Positions 23,101-34,636 of a stretch of 64,000 nt of DNA are shown here, in pieces. The notes beneath the pieces are model-generated. The model was not told the origin of the DNA and made no database searches. It saw only the letters and a list, made by a program, of their open reading frames with translations. Every line of letters starts with the position of its first letter. The first letter of the stretch is position 1. The stretch comes from Squalus acanthias (taxonomy: Eukaryota). The position numbers and the translations under genes were made by a program. Where the stretch lies: NCBI GenBank assembly GCA_030390025.1, contig CM059431.1, positions 139,812,001 through 139,876,000 of the forward strand. The letters are read 5' to 3'.

Positions 23101-25383
23101 TACACATACACACAGAAACGTACAGACTCGGATATATATGCACCTACATACACATATAAACACATACAGACAAGTATACACACAGAGAAACACATATGCA
23201 TACAGAAGCACAGACACACAGAAACGCAGAGACATACACACACACAATCGCAAATAATCCCACAGAAAGATACACACAAACACACGCAAACATATACAGA
23301 AACTTCAATGGCACATTGCTGCAAATTAATCCCTGGGATCTTGATTCAAATGGTTGAGAAATTGTGTAATGTAATAAAGTGAACTGCACTGGGGAAAAGA
23401 AGGAGAATCGCATGAGGTGTGTTAACTTTCAACATTGGCTCTCACAAAATAGGCGCTATCGACAGTCATATTAGCTGCTATTTTTAAATTAACCTATGTA
23501 TTTTAAATGGACGAGGACCTCTATTCGGAACATTGGAATTGCTGTGGCGGGTAAAGACCAAGGTGCATCTAGTTCTTCTTCTACCATCCATGTAGTCTCA
23601 TGATACAATGACAATGAGATTGTTGTCTAATCATAGTAATCAGTCTCTATAAATCAGTCTACATCAGACACAGACATGAGGCGAGGAATACCCGGTGCTG
23701 GAGAGCTTTGTGAACCATAGGTCCAAAATCACCTGTTCCTCTCAAGCACGCTACACTGACCATGTGTAACATCTCAAATTACACATATACTCTATCCCAA
23801 ATGTTATGTTCTGATATCAAATAGAGCAATATGACATGAACGGGCTACAAGTTGGTTCATTTGTATCATGGGGCTATTCTTAGGTTCCAATTTCCTTCAT
23901 TAACAATAGTTTGCCAAACACTTAACCTGTCAGTAAAAATAAAGATTTAATCCAGATACATCCACATTAACTAATAGATTAAAGTTTACCTGCCCCCACC
24001 TTTCTAACAACCGCCTCACTCAGCCTTCGGAGAATGTCTTGTTCACTCTGTAGATCATGCTCACTCCCCAGGCGTAGGGCAATGAAAGCCCCGGGGTCTG
24101 GCTCCACGGACAGATCACTCGGTTTCCTCTCTATACTACGGATAAGTGATTTCTGCTGATTATCTGGAGCCGCTGGAATCCACAACCGAATTATTAATCC
24201 ACTCGCGTGTAAGGAACATTAAGATAGCAGTAACACTTAAAGATATTGAGGATAATCAGAAGGCGCATGTGGCCGGTGAACACAACATATGCACATACAG
24301 TAAGAACATGTATTGTAGTAAACAGTAAGGACGATAGTAGCAGACTTCAGGAGGACACAGACAGACTGGTGCAATGGGCAGTCACATCGTAGATGACATT
24401 CAATGCAGAGAAATCTGAAATGGTGCATTTTGAATGAAGAATGAGGAGAGTTAATATAAACCAAATAGTACAATTTTATTAGGGGCGCAGGAAGAGAGAG
24501 ACCTCGGGTTCACGTACACTAATCTGTGACGGTGGCAGGACTTACTGACAAATCTTTAAAAAAAACATGACGGGATACGTGGCTTTCCAAATAGATGCAC
24601 AGAGTAGAAAAGCAAAGAATTTGCGGCAAAGGTTTATTAATCATTAGTTATGCTTCTGTTAGTGCATTGTGACCAATCCTGAGCAACACACTTTAGTCAA
24701 AGCCTTGGAGAGGGTGCAGAGGAGATTTACCGGAATGGTAGCAGGGATGAGGGACTTCAGTTATGTGGAGAGACTGATGAAGCTGGGATTGTTCTCCTTA
24801 GCGTAGAAAAGGTTAAAGGGAGATTTAATAGAGATGATCAAAATCATGAAGAGTTCTGATAGAGTAAATAAGAAGAAAGTGCTTCCACTGGCAGGAGATT
24901 CAGTGTCAGAGGACACACACTTAAAGTAACTGGCAAAAGTACCAACGGGGGTGGGGGGGGGGGGGGGGGAGGTGGAAATAGGAGTTTTAAAAAAAATCAT
25001 CAATGTTGCTGCGATCTGGAATGCATTGCCTCAAATGGTGATAGAAACATATTCAATACTAACTTTCAAAATGGGAATAGGATGAGTATATGAAGAGGAA
25101 ACGGAGCAGGGATTTGGGGAAGAGCAGGGTGGGTGGGACTAATTACTCTTTCAGAGAGCAGGCAGAGGTACGGTGGGCCGAATGGGCTCCTTCTGCACTT
25201 AAGGTTCCATGATTCTATAATACTTTGATTCTAAATTACGATAAAAACTCAGCTAAAGGATAAACATCAGGTTTAGGTTAAACACTGGGAACCAAACAAC
25301 AAATCGCACTTACTGTATTGTTGGGATGTTGCCGGGTACGAGGCACTGAAGAGCAGGAGTGTGAGGGTCATCACCGGGGGCAT
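11023..25383 (-). CDS. Spliced gene: secreted cobalamin-binding-protein family (transcobalamin/intrinsic factor/haptocorrin-like) alpha domain fused to a mucin-like PTS domain. Exons 25383-25314, 24172-23990, 22088-21918, 18111-17956, 17107-16932, 15519-15333, 14102-11023; about 1340 aa
   Basis: All six introns are GT-AG with matching phases (1,1,1,1,0,1) and no internal stops. Family motifs occur in canonical order: PDPGAFIALRL, DQLVFYILAFRSSC, ASLAILALC, TVDTMATAALSLRC, DGPIGSLCCTGLAMQAL, YNC...SQVAIALGGKSYLDVNKITC. Confidence 0.88.
11040..12890 (-). repeat. 48-bp coding tandem repeat (TPSQVNTAPSSSINQT), about 38 units
   Basis: Plus-strand unit gatgatgatggtgctgtattgacctgggatggtgtagtctgatttata. 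Confidence 0.95.
13105..13800 (-). repeat. 24-bp coding tandem repeat (ETVPIVTS/T), about 29 units
   Basis: Plus-strand unit tggtcacgatgggcacagtctcac. Confidence 0.95.
14660..14850 (+). mobile_element. CR1-type 3' tail fragment
   Basis: tggaatgcactg...gtggtggaagcagattcaatag...aatggcct tail; a similar copy lies at 17225-17470. Confidence 0.6.
15115..15293. mobile_element. Short element with terminal inverted repeats (MITE-like)
   Basis: Perfect 12-bp TIR GGTGAAATTCGA...TCGAATTTCACC; relatives at 17721-17844 and a half copy ending at 14335. Confidence 0.6.
15333..15519 (-). CDS. Exon 6 of transcobalamin-like gene (ALAENINVFTSRVYNCTKSVQKMVHKISRGNWENLTTMSQVAIALGGKSYLDVNKITCPVYK)
   Basis: tttctttacactccag acceptor, AAG|gtaagg donor; corresponds to the WNC...G-F-NP...AQ-LP-L--KTYLD...C segment ending the alpha domain. 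Confidence 0.92.
15745..16320 (+). mobile_element. Decayed CR1 3' fragment
   Basis: RPHLEY, KRRLRGELKDVFK, KTRGHKYKI, FRRNFLT remnants. Confidence 0.75.
16932..17107 (-). CDS. Exon 5 of transcobalamin-like gene (DTMATAALSLRCLIHSQ...ILSEVREDGPIGSLCCTGLAMQ)
   Basis: gttgtag acceptor, CAG|gtatgg donor; degenerate family signature VDTxAxAxLAxxC and DGxxGxxxSTGLAMQ. Confidence 0.92.
17956..18111 (-). CDS. Exon 4 of transcobalamin-like gene (NAGYSLKAFTEASLAILALCQEEEP...KELTV)
   Basis: tatttgcag acceptor, TAG|gtgtgt donor; SLxxLALC motif; split Asp codon of V-D-T. Confidence 0.88.
18575..20010 (-). mobile_element. 5'-truncated CR1 LINE with open RT/C-terminal frame (18666-19949), in intron 3
   Basis: QHGFVKGKSC, YLDFQKAFDKVPH, FADD, RNFFTQRVVNLWNSLP; tail near 18575. 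Confidence 0.95.
20015..21119 (+). mobile_element. Ingi/Vingi-like (I-group) LINE 3' fragment, split by a CR1 insertion (parts about 20015-20530 and 21021-21119)
   Basis: INRLITGHGRC...WKIKESPSCDCEAPEQTLEHITEH zinc-knuckle region; resumes EIHAV...DLDIEI* with a (GAA)n tail. Confidence 0.6.
20532..21020 (-). mobile_element. CR1 3' fragment
   Basis: ESRTRGHSLKIRG..FRTEMRRHFFTQRVVNLWNSLP. Confidence 0.9.
21495..21835 (+). repeat. 43-bp minisatellite, about 8 units, in intron 3
   Basis: Unit gattggaggttatggggacaggtacagactgagatgtgagtgt; 43-bp period counted from 21661 to 21790. Confidence 0.85.
21918..22088 (-). CDS. Exon 3 of transcobalamin-like gene (EHFPIDQLVFYILAFRSSCRNSAKISAGNKEVNLVEVLRERLYSELHQIPRITSSK)
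   Basis: Not in the ORF track. Pyrimidine-rich acceptor (ttgttcctctgccgccag), AAG|gtaagt donor, 171 bp, phase 1-1; matches the GQLALYxLALxxxC motif. Confidence 0.9.
23088..23300 (+). repeat. CA-rich low-complexity tract
   Basis: Directly visible. Confidence 0.85.
23990..24172 (-). CDS. Exon 2 of transcobalamin-like gene (APDNQQKSLIRS...PDPGAFIALRLGSEHDLQSEQDILRRL...)
   Basis: ttccag acceptor, G|gtaaac donor; resembles the family NPSIxIAxxL segment. Confidence 0.85.
24320..25215 (+). mobile_element. Highly decayed CR1 fragment in intron 1
   Basis: ALERVQRRFTGM, RLKGDLIEMIKIM and tail remnants. Confidence 0.75.
25314..25383 (-). CDS. Exon 1 (signal peptide MPPVMTLTLLLFSASYPATSQQY)
   Basis: ATG with A at -3, short hydrophobic core, consensus donor A|gtaagt, phase 1 matching exon 2. 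Confidence 0.8.
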
Positions 25384-25759
25384 TGTTGAGCGCGCTCCGC
25401 GGGCCCTGTGTTAGACCCTCCTGAGTGCAGTAGGGAGGTAGACGAGGCAGCGTGACTTGGACTGTAACCGGGAAACTGGACGGTTTGGCTCAGTGGGCTG
25501 TTTCACCTTTTAACGCGACGGTCGGAGGCGGGGTTTAAGTGTGATGGGTGAAACATGCTGTGGTGATACCAGAAATCGGGTCATTCCGGGAGTGCTCCGT
25601 CACTGAAATTCAATTAATTTCATCTAAACAGCAGGTTACACCCACTACGCGCTCACTGCCTGTAAACTGAGGCAGCCTCACGGTTTCTCACTCAATGCCA
25701 CCGAGTGTTTAACTTGCTTTGTTTTGCGCAGTCTTTCAGGAACAGCGGTGAAGGAAATG

Positions 25760-26200
25760 TGTTTAGGAACATTAAAAACAGGAACAGGTTATTCAGTCCC
25801 TTGAACCTGATCCACTCTTCAGTCAGATCATGGCTGATCTGCACCTCAGCTCCATTCACCCGCCTTTGCTCCATATCCGGCGGTGCCCTGACCCAGAGAA
25901 ACATGTTGGTCTCAGTCCTGTAATCTACAATTGACCCCCAGCATCCACAGCCTTTTGGGGGAGCGAGTTACAGATTTCCACTACCCAGTCTGTGAAAAAA
26001 TACTTCCTGATTTCACTCCTCAACAGCCTGGCTCCAATTTTAAGTTTGTGTTCCCTTGTTCTAGATCCCCACACCAAAGGAACTTGCTTCTCCCTATCTG
26101 CCCCATCGGAAAATTTTATAAATTTAAACATCTCGATGAGATCACACTCAATCTTCTAAATACAAGGGAATTCAAGGCAAGTTTATGCGACCTATCCAAT
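25760..26200 (-). mobile_element. CR1 3' fragment
   Basis: SRTREHKLKI..SEIRKYFFTDWVVEICNSLPQKAV. Confidence 0.8.
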
Positions 26201-26317
26201 GAATTGAACCCATTGTAGTTCTGAGTTAAAACAAAACTGCAGCAAATATCAGGGTGAATTGCTCTGTTTCATGGGGCTGCAAGAAAGTGGGGATTGAGAA
26301 TCTCGATTTAAAAGCAG

Positions 26318-26365
26318 CGCCCGAACAGGGACTTGAAAATTGAGTCTCAGATTAAAAGTCTGATG
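26318..26365 (-). pseudogene. Truncated tRNA-Lys(TTT) fragment
   Basis: Minus strand reads catcagacttttaatctgag...ttcaagtccctgttcgggcg, the anticodon arm, T arm and 3' acceptor strand of vertebrate tRNA-Lys-UUU; the 5' end and D arm are missing. Confidence 0.8.
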
Positions 26366-26677
26366 AGATGTTAAACCGTTGCCTCGCCTGCCCTCCCCGG
26401 TGGACCCTGAAGACCCCACCGCAATATTGGAAGAGGATCAGGGGCTTAATCGAATCAGCCGCCTGTTAAAGTCTGCACCCGATTTTCCATCCCATTCCTT
26501 TCAATTTTAAGGAAAATCAGGCAGCTAATTCCATATCGCTCGTTTAGACCATCACCCGGAATTCAAATTCATGTGTACAAATTCCTCTTGGAGGTAGGCT
26601 CTACAGGGGCACTATCGCATCGGCTGCCTGTTGTACCCGCCGCTTCATATTCAATTCTCGTAAAGCCAATGGAGCTC

Positions 26678-29600
26678 TATATCAGGCGGGGAGTGTAGTG
26701 GCCGATAATGGGACTGAATATCAGGCGGGGAGTGTAGGGGCCGATAATGGGACTGAATAACAGGCGGGGAGTGTAGGGGCCGATAATGGGACTGAATATG
26801 AGACGGGGAATATAGGGGGGCCGATAATGGGACTGAATATCAGGCGGTGAGTGTAGGGGGACCGATAATGTAACGGAATCTCAGGCGGGGAGTGTAGGGC
26901 AATCGATAATGGGACTGAATATCTGGCGGGGAGTGTAGGGCGGACGATAATGGGACTGAATATCAGGCGGGGAGTGTAGGGCGGACGATAATGGGACTGA
27001 ATATCAGGCGGGGAGTGTAGATCGGCCGATAATGGGACTGAATAACAGGCGGGGAGTGTAGGGCGGTCGATAATGGGACTGAATATCAGGCGGGGATTGT
27101 AGGGACCGATAATGGGGCTGAATATCAGGCGGGGAGTGTAGGGTGGTCGATAATGGGACTGAATATCAGGCGGGGATTGTAGGGACCGATAATGGAAATG
27201 AATATCAGGCGGGGAGTTTAGGGGCCGATAATAGGACTGAATATCAGGCGGGGAGTATAGTGCAGCCCATAATGGGACTGCATATCAGGCGAGGATTGTA
27301 GGGGGGCTGTAAATGGGACAGAATATCAGGCGGAGAGTGTATGGGCCGATAATATGACTGAATATCAGGCGGGGAGTGTAGGACAGCCGATAATGTTACA
27401 GAATATTAGGCGGGGAGTGTAGGGGCCGATAATAGGACTGAAAATCAGGCGGTGAGTGTAGGGGGACCGATAATGTAACTGAATATCAGGCGGGGAGTGT
27501 AGGGCATTCGATAATGGGACTGAATATCTGGCGGGGATTGTAGGGCGGCCGATAATGGGTCTGAATATCAGGCGGGGAGTGTAGGGGGGCTGATAATGGG
27601 TCTGAATATCAGGCGGGGAGTGTAGGGGGCTGATAATGGGACTGAATATCAGGCAGCGAATGTAGGGCGGCCGATAATGGGACTGAATTTTAGGCGGGGA
27701 TTGTAGGGGTGATAATGGGATTGAATATCAGGCGGGGAGTGTAGGGGTTGATAATGGGACTGAATATCAGGCGTGGAGTGTAGGGACCGATAATGGAACT
27801 GAATATCAGGCGGGGAATGTAGGGGTGATAATGGGACTGAATATCAGGCGGGGAGTGAAGGGCAGTCGATAGTGGGACTGAATAACAGGCGGTGAGTGTA
27901 AGGGCCGATAATGGGACTGAATAACAGGCGGGGAGTGTAGGGGCCTATAATAGGACTGAATATCAGACGGGGAGTGTAGGGCAGCCGATAATGGGACAGA
28001 ATATTAGGCGGTGAGTGTAGGGGCCGATAATAGGACTGAAAATCAGGCGGTGAGTGTAGGGGGACCGATAATGTAACTGAATATCAGGCGGGGAGTGTAG
28101 GGCAGTCGATAATGGGACTGAATATCTGGCGGGGATTGTAGGGCGGCCGATAATGGGTCTGAATATCAGGCGGGGAGTGTAGGGGGCTGATAATGGGACT
28201 GCATATCAGGCGGGGAGTGTGGGGCGGCCGATAATGGGACTGAATTTTAGGCGGGGATTGTAGGGGTGATAATGGGACTGAATATCAGGCGGGGAGTGTA
28301 GGGGTCGATAATGGTACTGAATATGAGGCGTGGAGTGTAGGGACCGATAATGGAACTGAATATCAGGCGGGGAGTGTAGGGGTGATAATGGGACTGAATA
28401 TCAGGCGGGGAGTGAAGGGCAGTCGATAGTGGGACTGAATAACAGGCGGTGAGTGTAAGGGCCGATAATAGGACTGAATATCAGGCGGGGAGTGTAGGGG
28501 GTACGATAATGTGACTGAATATCAGGCAGGGAGTGTAGGGGGGACGATAATGGGACAGAGTATGAGTCGGGGTGTGTAGGGCAGCTGATAATGGGACAGA
28601 ATATCAGGCGGGGATTGTACGGGTGATAAAGGGACTGAATATCAGGCAGGTAGTGTAGGGGTGATAATGGGACTGAATATCAGCCGGGGAGTGTAGGGGC
28701 CGATATTGGGACTGAATATTAGACGGGGTGTGTAGGGCAGCCGATAATGGGACTGAATTTCAGGCACTGAGTGTGGCGCGGCCGAAAATGGGACAGAATA
28801 GCAGGTGGGGAGTGTAGTGCCGTAGATAATGGGACAGAATATCAGGCGTGGCGTGTAGGGGCCGATAATACGACTGAATATCAGGCGGGGAGTGTAGGAC
28901 GGCCGATAATGGGTCAGAATATTAGGCGGGGAGTGTAGGGGCCGATAATAGGACTGAAAATCAGGCGGGGAATATAGGGGGGCCGATAATGGGACTGAAT
29001 ATCAGGCGGGGAGTGTAGGGCGGACGATAATGGTACTGAATATCAGACAGGGAATGTAGGGGCCGATAATAGGACTGTATATCAGGCGGGGAGTGTAGGG
29101 GCCGATAATAGGACTGAATATTAGGCGGGGACTGTAGGGGCCGATAATGGGACTGAATATCAGGCGGTGAGTGTAGGCGGACCGATAATGTAACTGAATA
29201 TCAGGCGGGGAGTGGAGGGCAATCGATAATGGGACTGAATATCTGGCGGGGATTGTAGGATGGCCGATAATGTGACTGAATATGAGACGGGGAATATAGG
29301 GGGGCCCATAATGGGACTGCATATCAGGCAGGGGATATAGGGGGGCTGTAAATGGGACAGAATATCAGGCGGGTCGTGTAGGGGCTGATAATAGGACTGA
29401 ATATCAGGCGGGGAGTGTACGGGCCGATAATACGACTGAATATCAGGCGGTGAGTGTAGGGGGACCGATAATGTAACTGAATATCAGGCGAGGAGTGTAG
29501 GGCAGTCGATAATGGGACTGAATATCTGGCGGGGAGTGTAGGGGTGATAATGGGACTGAATATCTGGTGGGGATTGTAGGGCGGCCGATAATGGGGATGA

Positions 29601-32600
29601 ATATCAGGCGGGGAGTGTAGGGCAGCCGATAATGGGACTGAATATCAGGCGGGGAGTGTAGGGCGGCCGATAATGGGACTGAATATCAGGCGGGGAGTGT
29701 AGGGCGGCCGATTTTGGGACTGAATATCAGGCGGAGAATGTAGGGCGGCCGATAATGGGGCTAAACATCAGGCGGGGAGTGTAGGGGTGATAATGGGACT
29801 GAATATCAGGCGGGGAGTGAAGGGCAGTCGATAGTGGGACTGAATAACAGGCGGTGAGTGTAAGGGCCGATAATGGGACTGAATGTCAGGCGGGGAGTGT
29901 AGGGGCCGATAATAGGACTGAATATCAGGCGGGGAGTGTAGCGCAGCCCATAATGGGACTGAATATCAGGCGGGGAGTGTAGGGGGGCTGTAAATGGGAC
30001 AGAATATCAGGCGGGGAGTGTAGGGGCCAATAATAAGACAGAATATCAGGCGGGACATGTAGGGGCCGATAAGGTGACAGAATATCAGGCGGGGAGTGTA
30101 GGGGGGTAAATAATATGACTGAATATGAGATGGGGAATATAGCGGAGCCGATAATGGGACTGAATTTCAGGCGGTGAGTGTAGGGGGACCAATAATGTAA
30201 CAGAATATCAAGCAGGGAGTGTACGGCAGGCGATAATGGGACTGAATATCTGGCGGGGAGTGTAGGGGCCGATAATGGGAGTGAATATCAGGCGGGGAGT
30301 GTAGGGCGGCCGATAATGGGACTGAATATCAGGCTAGGAGTGTAGGGCGGTCTATAATGGGACTGAATATCTGGCGGGGAGTGTAGGGGCCGATAATCAG
30401 ACTGAATATTAGGCGGGGAGTGTAGGGTTGATAATGGGACTGAATATCAGGCGGGGAGTGAAGGGCTGTCGATAGTGGGACTCAATAACAGGCGGTCAGT
30501 GTAAGGGCCGATAATGGGACTGAATATCAGGCGGGGAGTGTAGGGGCCGATAATGGGACTGAATATCAAGCTAGGAGTGCAGGGCGGTCTATAATGGGAC
30601 TGAATATCTGGCGGAGAGTGTAGGGACCGATAATGGGACTGAATATCAGGCGGGGAGTGTAGGGGTGATAATGGGACTGAATATCAGGCGGGTAGTGAAG
30701 GGCAGTCGATAGTGGGACTGAATATCAGGCGGTGAGTGTAGGGGCCGATAATTGGACTGAATATCAGGCGGGGAGTGTAGGGGTGATAATAGGACTGAAT
30801 ATCAGGCAGGGAGTGAAGGGCAGTCGATAGTGGGAATGAATATCAGGCGGTGAGTGTAGGGGCCGATAATGGGACTGAATATCAGACGGGGAATGTAGGG
30901 GCCGATAATAGGACTGAATATCAGGCGGGGAGTGTAGGGGGCGATAATCGGACTGAATATTAGGCGGGGAGTGTAGGGTTGATAATGGGACTGAATATCA
31001 GGCAGGGAGTGAAGGGCTGTCGATAGTGGGACTGAATAACAGGCGGTCAGTGTAAGGGCCGATAATGGGACTGAATATCAGGCGGGGAGTGTAGCGGCCG
31101 ATAATGGGACTGAATATCAGGCTAGGAGTGCAGGGCGGTCTATAATGGGACTGAATATCTGGCGGAGAGTGTAGGGACCGATAATGGGACTGAATATCAG
31201 GCGGGGAGTGTAGGGGTGATAATGGGACTGAATATCAGGCGGGGAGTGAAGGGCAGTCGATAGTGGGACTGAATATCAGGCGGTGAGTGTAGGGGCCGAT
31301 AATGGGACTGAATATCAGACGGGGAATGTAGGGGCCGATAATAGGACTGAATATTAGGCGGGGAGTGTAGTGGCCGATAATGGGACTGAATATCAGGCGG
31401 GGAGTGTAGGGGGGCCGATAATGTGACTAAATATGAGACGGGGAATATAGGGGGGCCGATAATGGGACTGAATATCAGGCGGTGAGTGTGGGGGGATCGA
31501 TAATGTAACTGAATTTCAGGCGGGGAGTGTAGGGCAGTCAATAATGGGACTGAATATCAGGTGGGGATTGTAGAGTGGCCGATAATGGGACTGAATATCA
31601 GGCGGGGAGTGTAGGGCGGCCGATAATGGGACTGAATATCAGGCGGGTAATGTAGGGTTGATAATGGGACTGAATATCAGGCGGTGAGTGTAGGGGCCGA
31701 TAATGGGACTGAATATCAGGCGGGGAGTGTAGGGTTGATAATGGGACTGAATATCAGGCGGGGAGTGTAGGGTTGATAATGGGACTGAATATCAGGTGGT
31801 GAGTGTAGGGGCCGATAATGGGACTGAATATCAGGCGGGGAGTGTAGGGCGGCCGATAATGGGACTGAATATCAGGCGGGGAGTGTAGGGCGGCCGATAA
31901 TGGGTCTGAATATCAGGCGGGGAGTGTAGGGCGGCCGATAATGGGGCTGAATATCAGGCGGGGAGGGTAGGGCGGTCGATAATGGGGCTGATTATCAGGC
32001 GGGGAGTGTAGGGACCGATAATGGGACTGAATATCAGGCGGGGAGTGTAGGGGTGATAATGGGACTGAATATCAGGCAGGGAGTGAAGGGCTGTCGATAG
32101 TGGGACTGAATAACAGGCGGTGAGTGTAAGGGCCGATAATGGGACTGAATATCAGGCGGGGAGTGTAGGGGCCGATAATACGACTGAATATCAGGCGGGG
32201 AGTGTAGCGCAGCCCATAATGGGACTGAATATCAGGCGGGGAGTGTCGGGGCCGATAAAAGGACAGAATATCAGGCGGGGCGTGTAGGGGCCGATAATAG
32301 GACTGAATATCAGGCGGAGAGTGTAGGGGCCGATAATGGGACAGAATATATGAGGCGGGGAGTGTAGGGGGGCCGATAATGTGACTGAATATGAGACGGG
32401 GAATATAGCAGAGCCGATAATGGGACTGAATATCAGGCGGTGAACGTAGGGGGACCGATAATGTAACAGAATATCATGCGGGGAGTGTAGGGCGGCCGAT
32501 GATGGGGCTGATTATCAGGCTAGGAGTGTAGGGTGGTCTATAATGGGAGTGAATATCTGGCAGGGAGTGTAGGGACCGATAATGGGACTGAATATCAGGC

Positions 32601-34370
32601 AGGGAGTGTAGGGGTGATAATGGGACTGAATATCAGGCAGGGAGTGTAGGCGCCAATAATAGGACTGAATATCAGGCGGGGAGTGTAGCGCAGCCCATAA
32701 TCAGATAGAAAACAGAGAGTTGGAATAAACGGCTCATTTTCTGAATGGCAGGCAGTAACAAGTGGGGTACCACAGGGATCTGTCCTGGGTCCCCAGCTGT
32801 TCACAATTTACATTAATGACCTGGATCAGGGAGTCGGATGCAGCATTTCCAAATTTGCAGACGACACTAAACTAGGAGGGGGGGGTGGGCTCAGAGGAGG
32901 AGACCAGGAAGCTCCAGAGCGATTTGGACAGACTGGGTGATTGGGCGGATAAATGGCAGATGCACTATAATGTGGACAAGTGCGAAGTTATCCACCTTGG
33001 GTGCAGGAACGGGAGGGCAAATTATTATTTAAATGGCAATAAATTGGGAGAGGGGGAAGTACAGAGAGACCTGGGTGTTCTTGTACACCAGTCACTGAAG
33101 GCGAGCATGCAGGTGCAACAGGCGATCAAGAAGGCAAACGGTATGCTGGCCTTCATAGCAAAAGGGTTGGAATACAGGAACAGGGATACCTTGCTGCAGC
33201 TGTACAGGGCACTGGTGAGACCACACCTCGAGTACTGTGTACAGTTTTGGTCGCCTCATCTGAGGAAAGATGTTCTTGCCATGGAGGGGGTGCAGCGGCG
33301 ATTCACCAGGCTGATACCAGGAATGGCGGGATTGACCTATGAGGAGAGACTATGTAGTTCAGGGATGTACACACTGGAGTTTAGAAGATTGAGAGGGGAC
33401 CTCATAGAAGTGTATAAAATTCTGACAGGTCTAGACAGACTAGATGCAGAAGGAATGTTTCCCTTGGCGGGTGAGAACAGAACTAGAGGACATAATTTAA
33501 GGATAAGGGCTAAACCATTTAGGACAGAAATGAGGGGGAATTTCTTCACTCAGAGGGTGGTGAACCTGTGGAACTCATTGCCACAGAGGGAAGTGTACGC
33601 CAGCTCATTAAATATATTTAAGAGGGAATTAGATATATTTCTACAGGCAAAAGGGGTTAAGGGTTACGGAGAGAAGGCGGGGACGGGATACTGAATTGGA
33701 GGATCAGCCATGATCTCATTAAATGGCGGAGCAGGCTCGAAGGGCCGGATGGCCTACTCCTGCTCCTATCTTCTATGTATCTATGTATCTATGAATATCA
33801 GGCAGGGAGTGTAGGGGCCGATAATGGGACTGAATATCAGGCAGGGAGTGTAGGGGCCGTTAATGGGACTGAATATCAGGCGGTGAGTGTAGGGTTGCCG
33901 ATAATGTGACTGAATATCAGGTGGGGACTGTAGGGCAACCGATAATGGGACTGAATATCAGGCGGGGAGTGTAGGGACCGATAATGGTACTGAATGTCAG
34001 GCGGGGAGTGTAGGGGTGATAATGGGACTGAATATCAGGTGGGGAGTGTAGGGCAACCGACAATGGGACTGAATATCAGGCGGGGATTGTAGGGCGGCCG
34101 ATAATGGGACTGAATGTCAGGCGGGGAGTGTAGGGCGGTCAATAATGGGACTCAATATCAGGCAGGGAGTGAAGGGCGGCTGATAATGGGACTGAATTTC
34201 AGGCGCCGATTGTAGGGGCCGATAATGGGACTGAATATATGTTGGGGAGTTTAGGAGCCGATATTGTGACTGAATATCATGCGGGGAGTGTAGGGGCCGA
34301 TAATGTGACTGATATCAGGCGGGCAGTGTTGGGGCCGATAATGTGACTGAATATCATGTAGGGGCGGCTG
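26678..34370 (+). repeat. GC-rich 39-42 bp minisatellite array (about 6.6 kb net), split by a CR1 at 32700-33790
   Basis: Unit gataatgggactgaatatcaggcggggagtgtaggg(gcg)gcc. Confidence 0.95.
32700..33790 (+). mobile_element. 5'-truncated CR1 LINE with a frameshift in the G run near 32880
   Basis: [27 protein letters not shown]; (TATCTATG)n tail. Confidence 0.95.
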
Positions 34371-34636
34371 ATGGGATTCCACCCATTTTGCACTGCTGGC
34401 GAAGGATAATCATAGCCTCAGGTTGTGGGAGGACCAGCACCCGGTACAGTTTCACTCCCGCCCTGTACCTCACAGGTGCAGCGGTTAAATCATATTTTAC
34501 CTCTTAGACAGAGTGACTTTGGTAAGATACTGTCAAGCTGTCAATCTCCCCTCTGTGTAAAGAGACATACTCCTGGTGTTTTTCCTAAACTCTGCCTTCA
34601 GCAGAAGTTCTCAGTGTTCAGTGATGATGGTGGAAT

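Noticed and set aside
25500..25545. GC box and TTAAA element upstream of exon 1 as a promoter
   Set aside because: Short motifs expected by chance; the transcription start is unknown.
26678..34370. CRISPR-like appearance of regular repeats
   Set aside because: Units are contiguous with no unique spacers, there are no cas genes, and the context is vertebrate.
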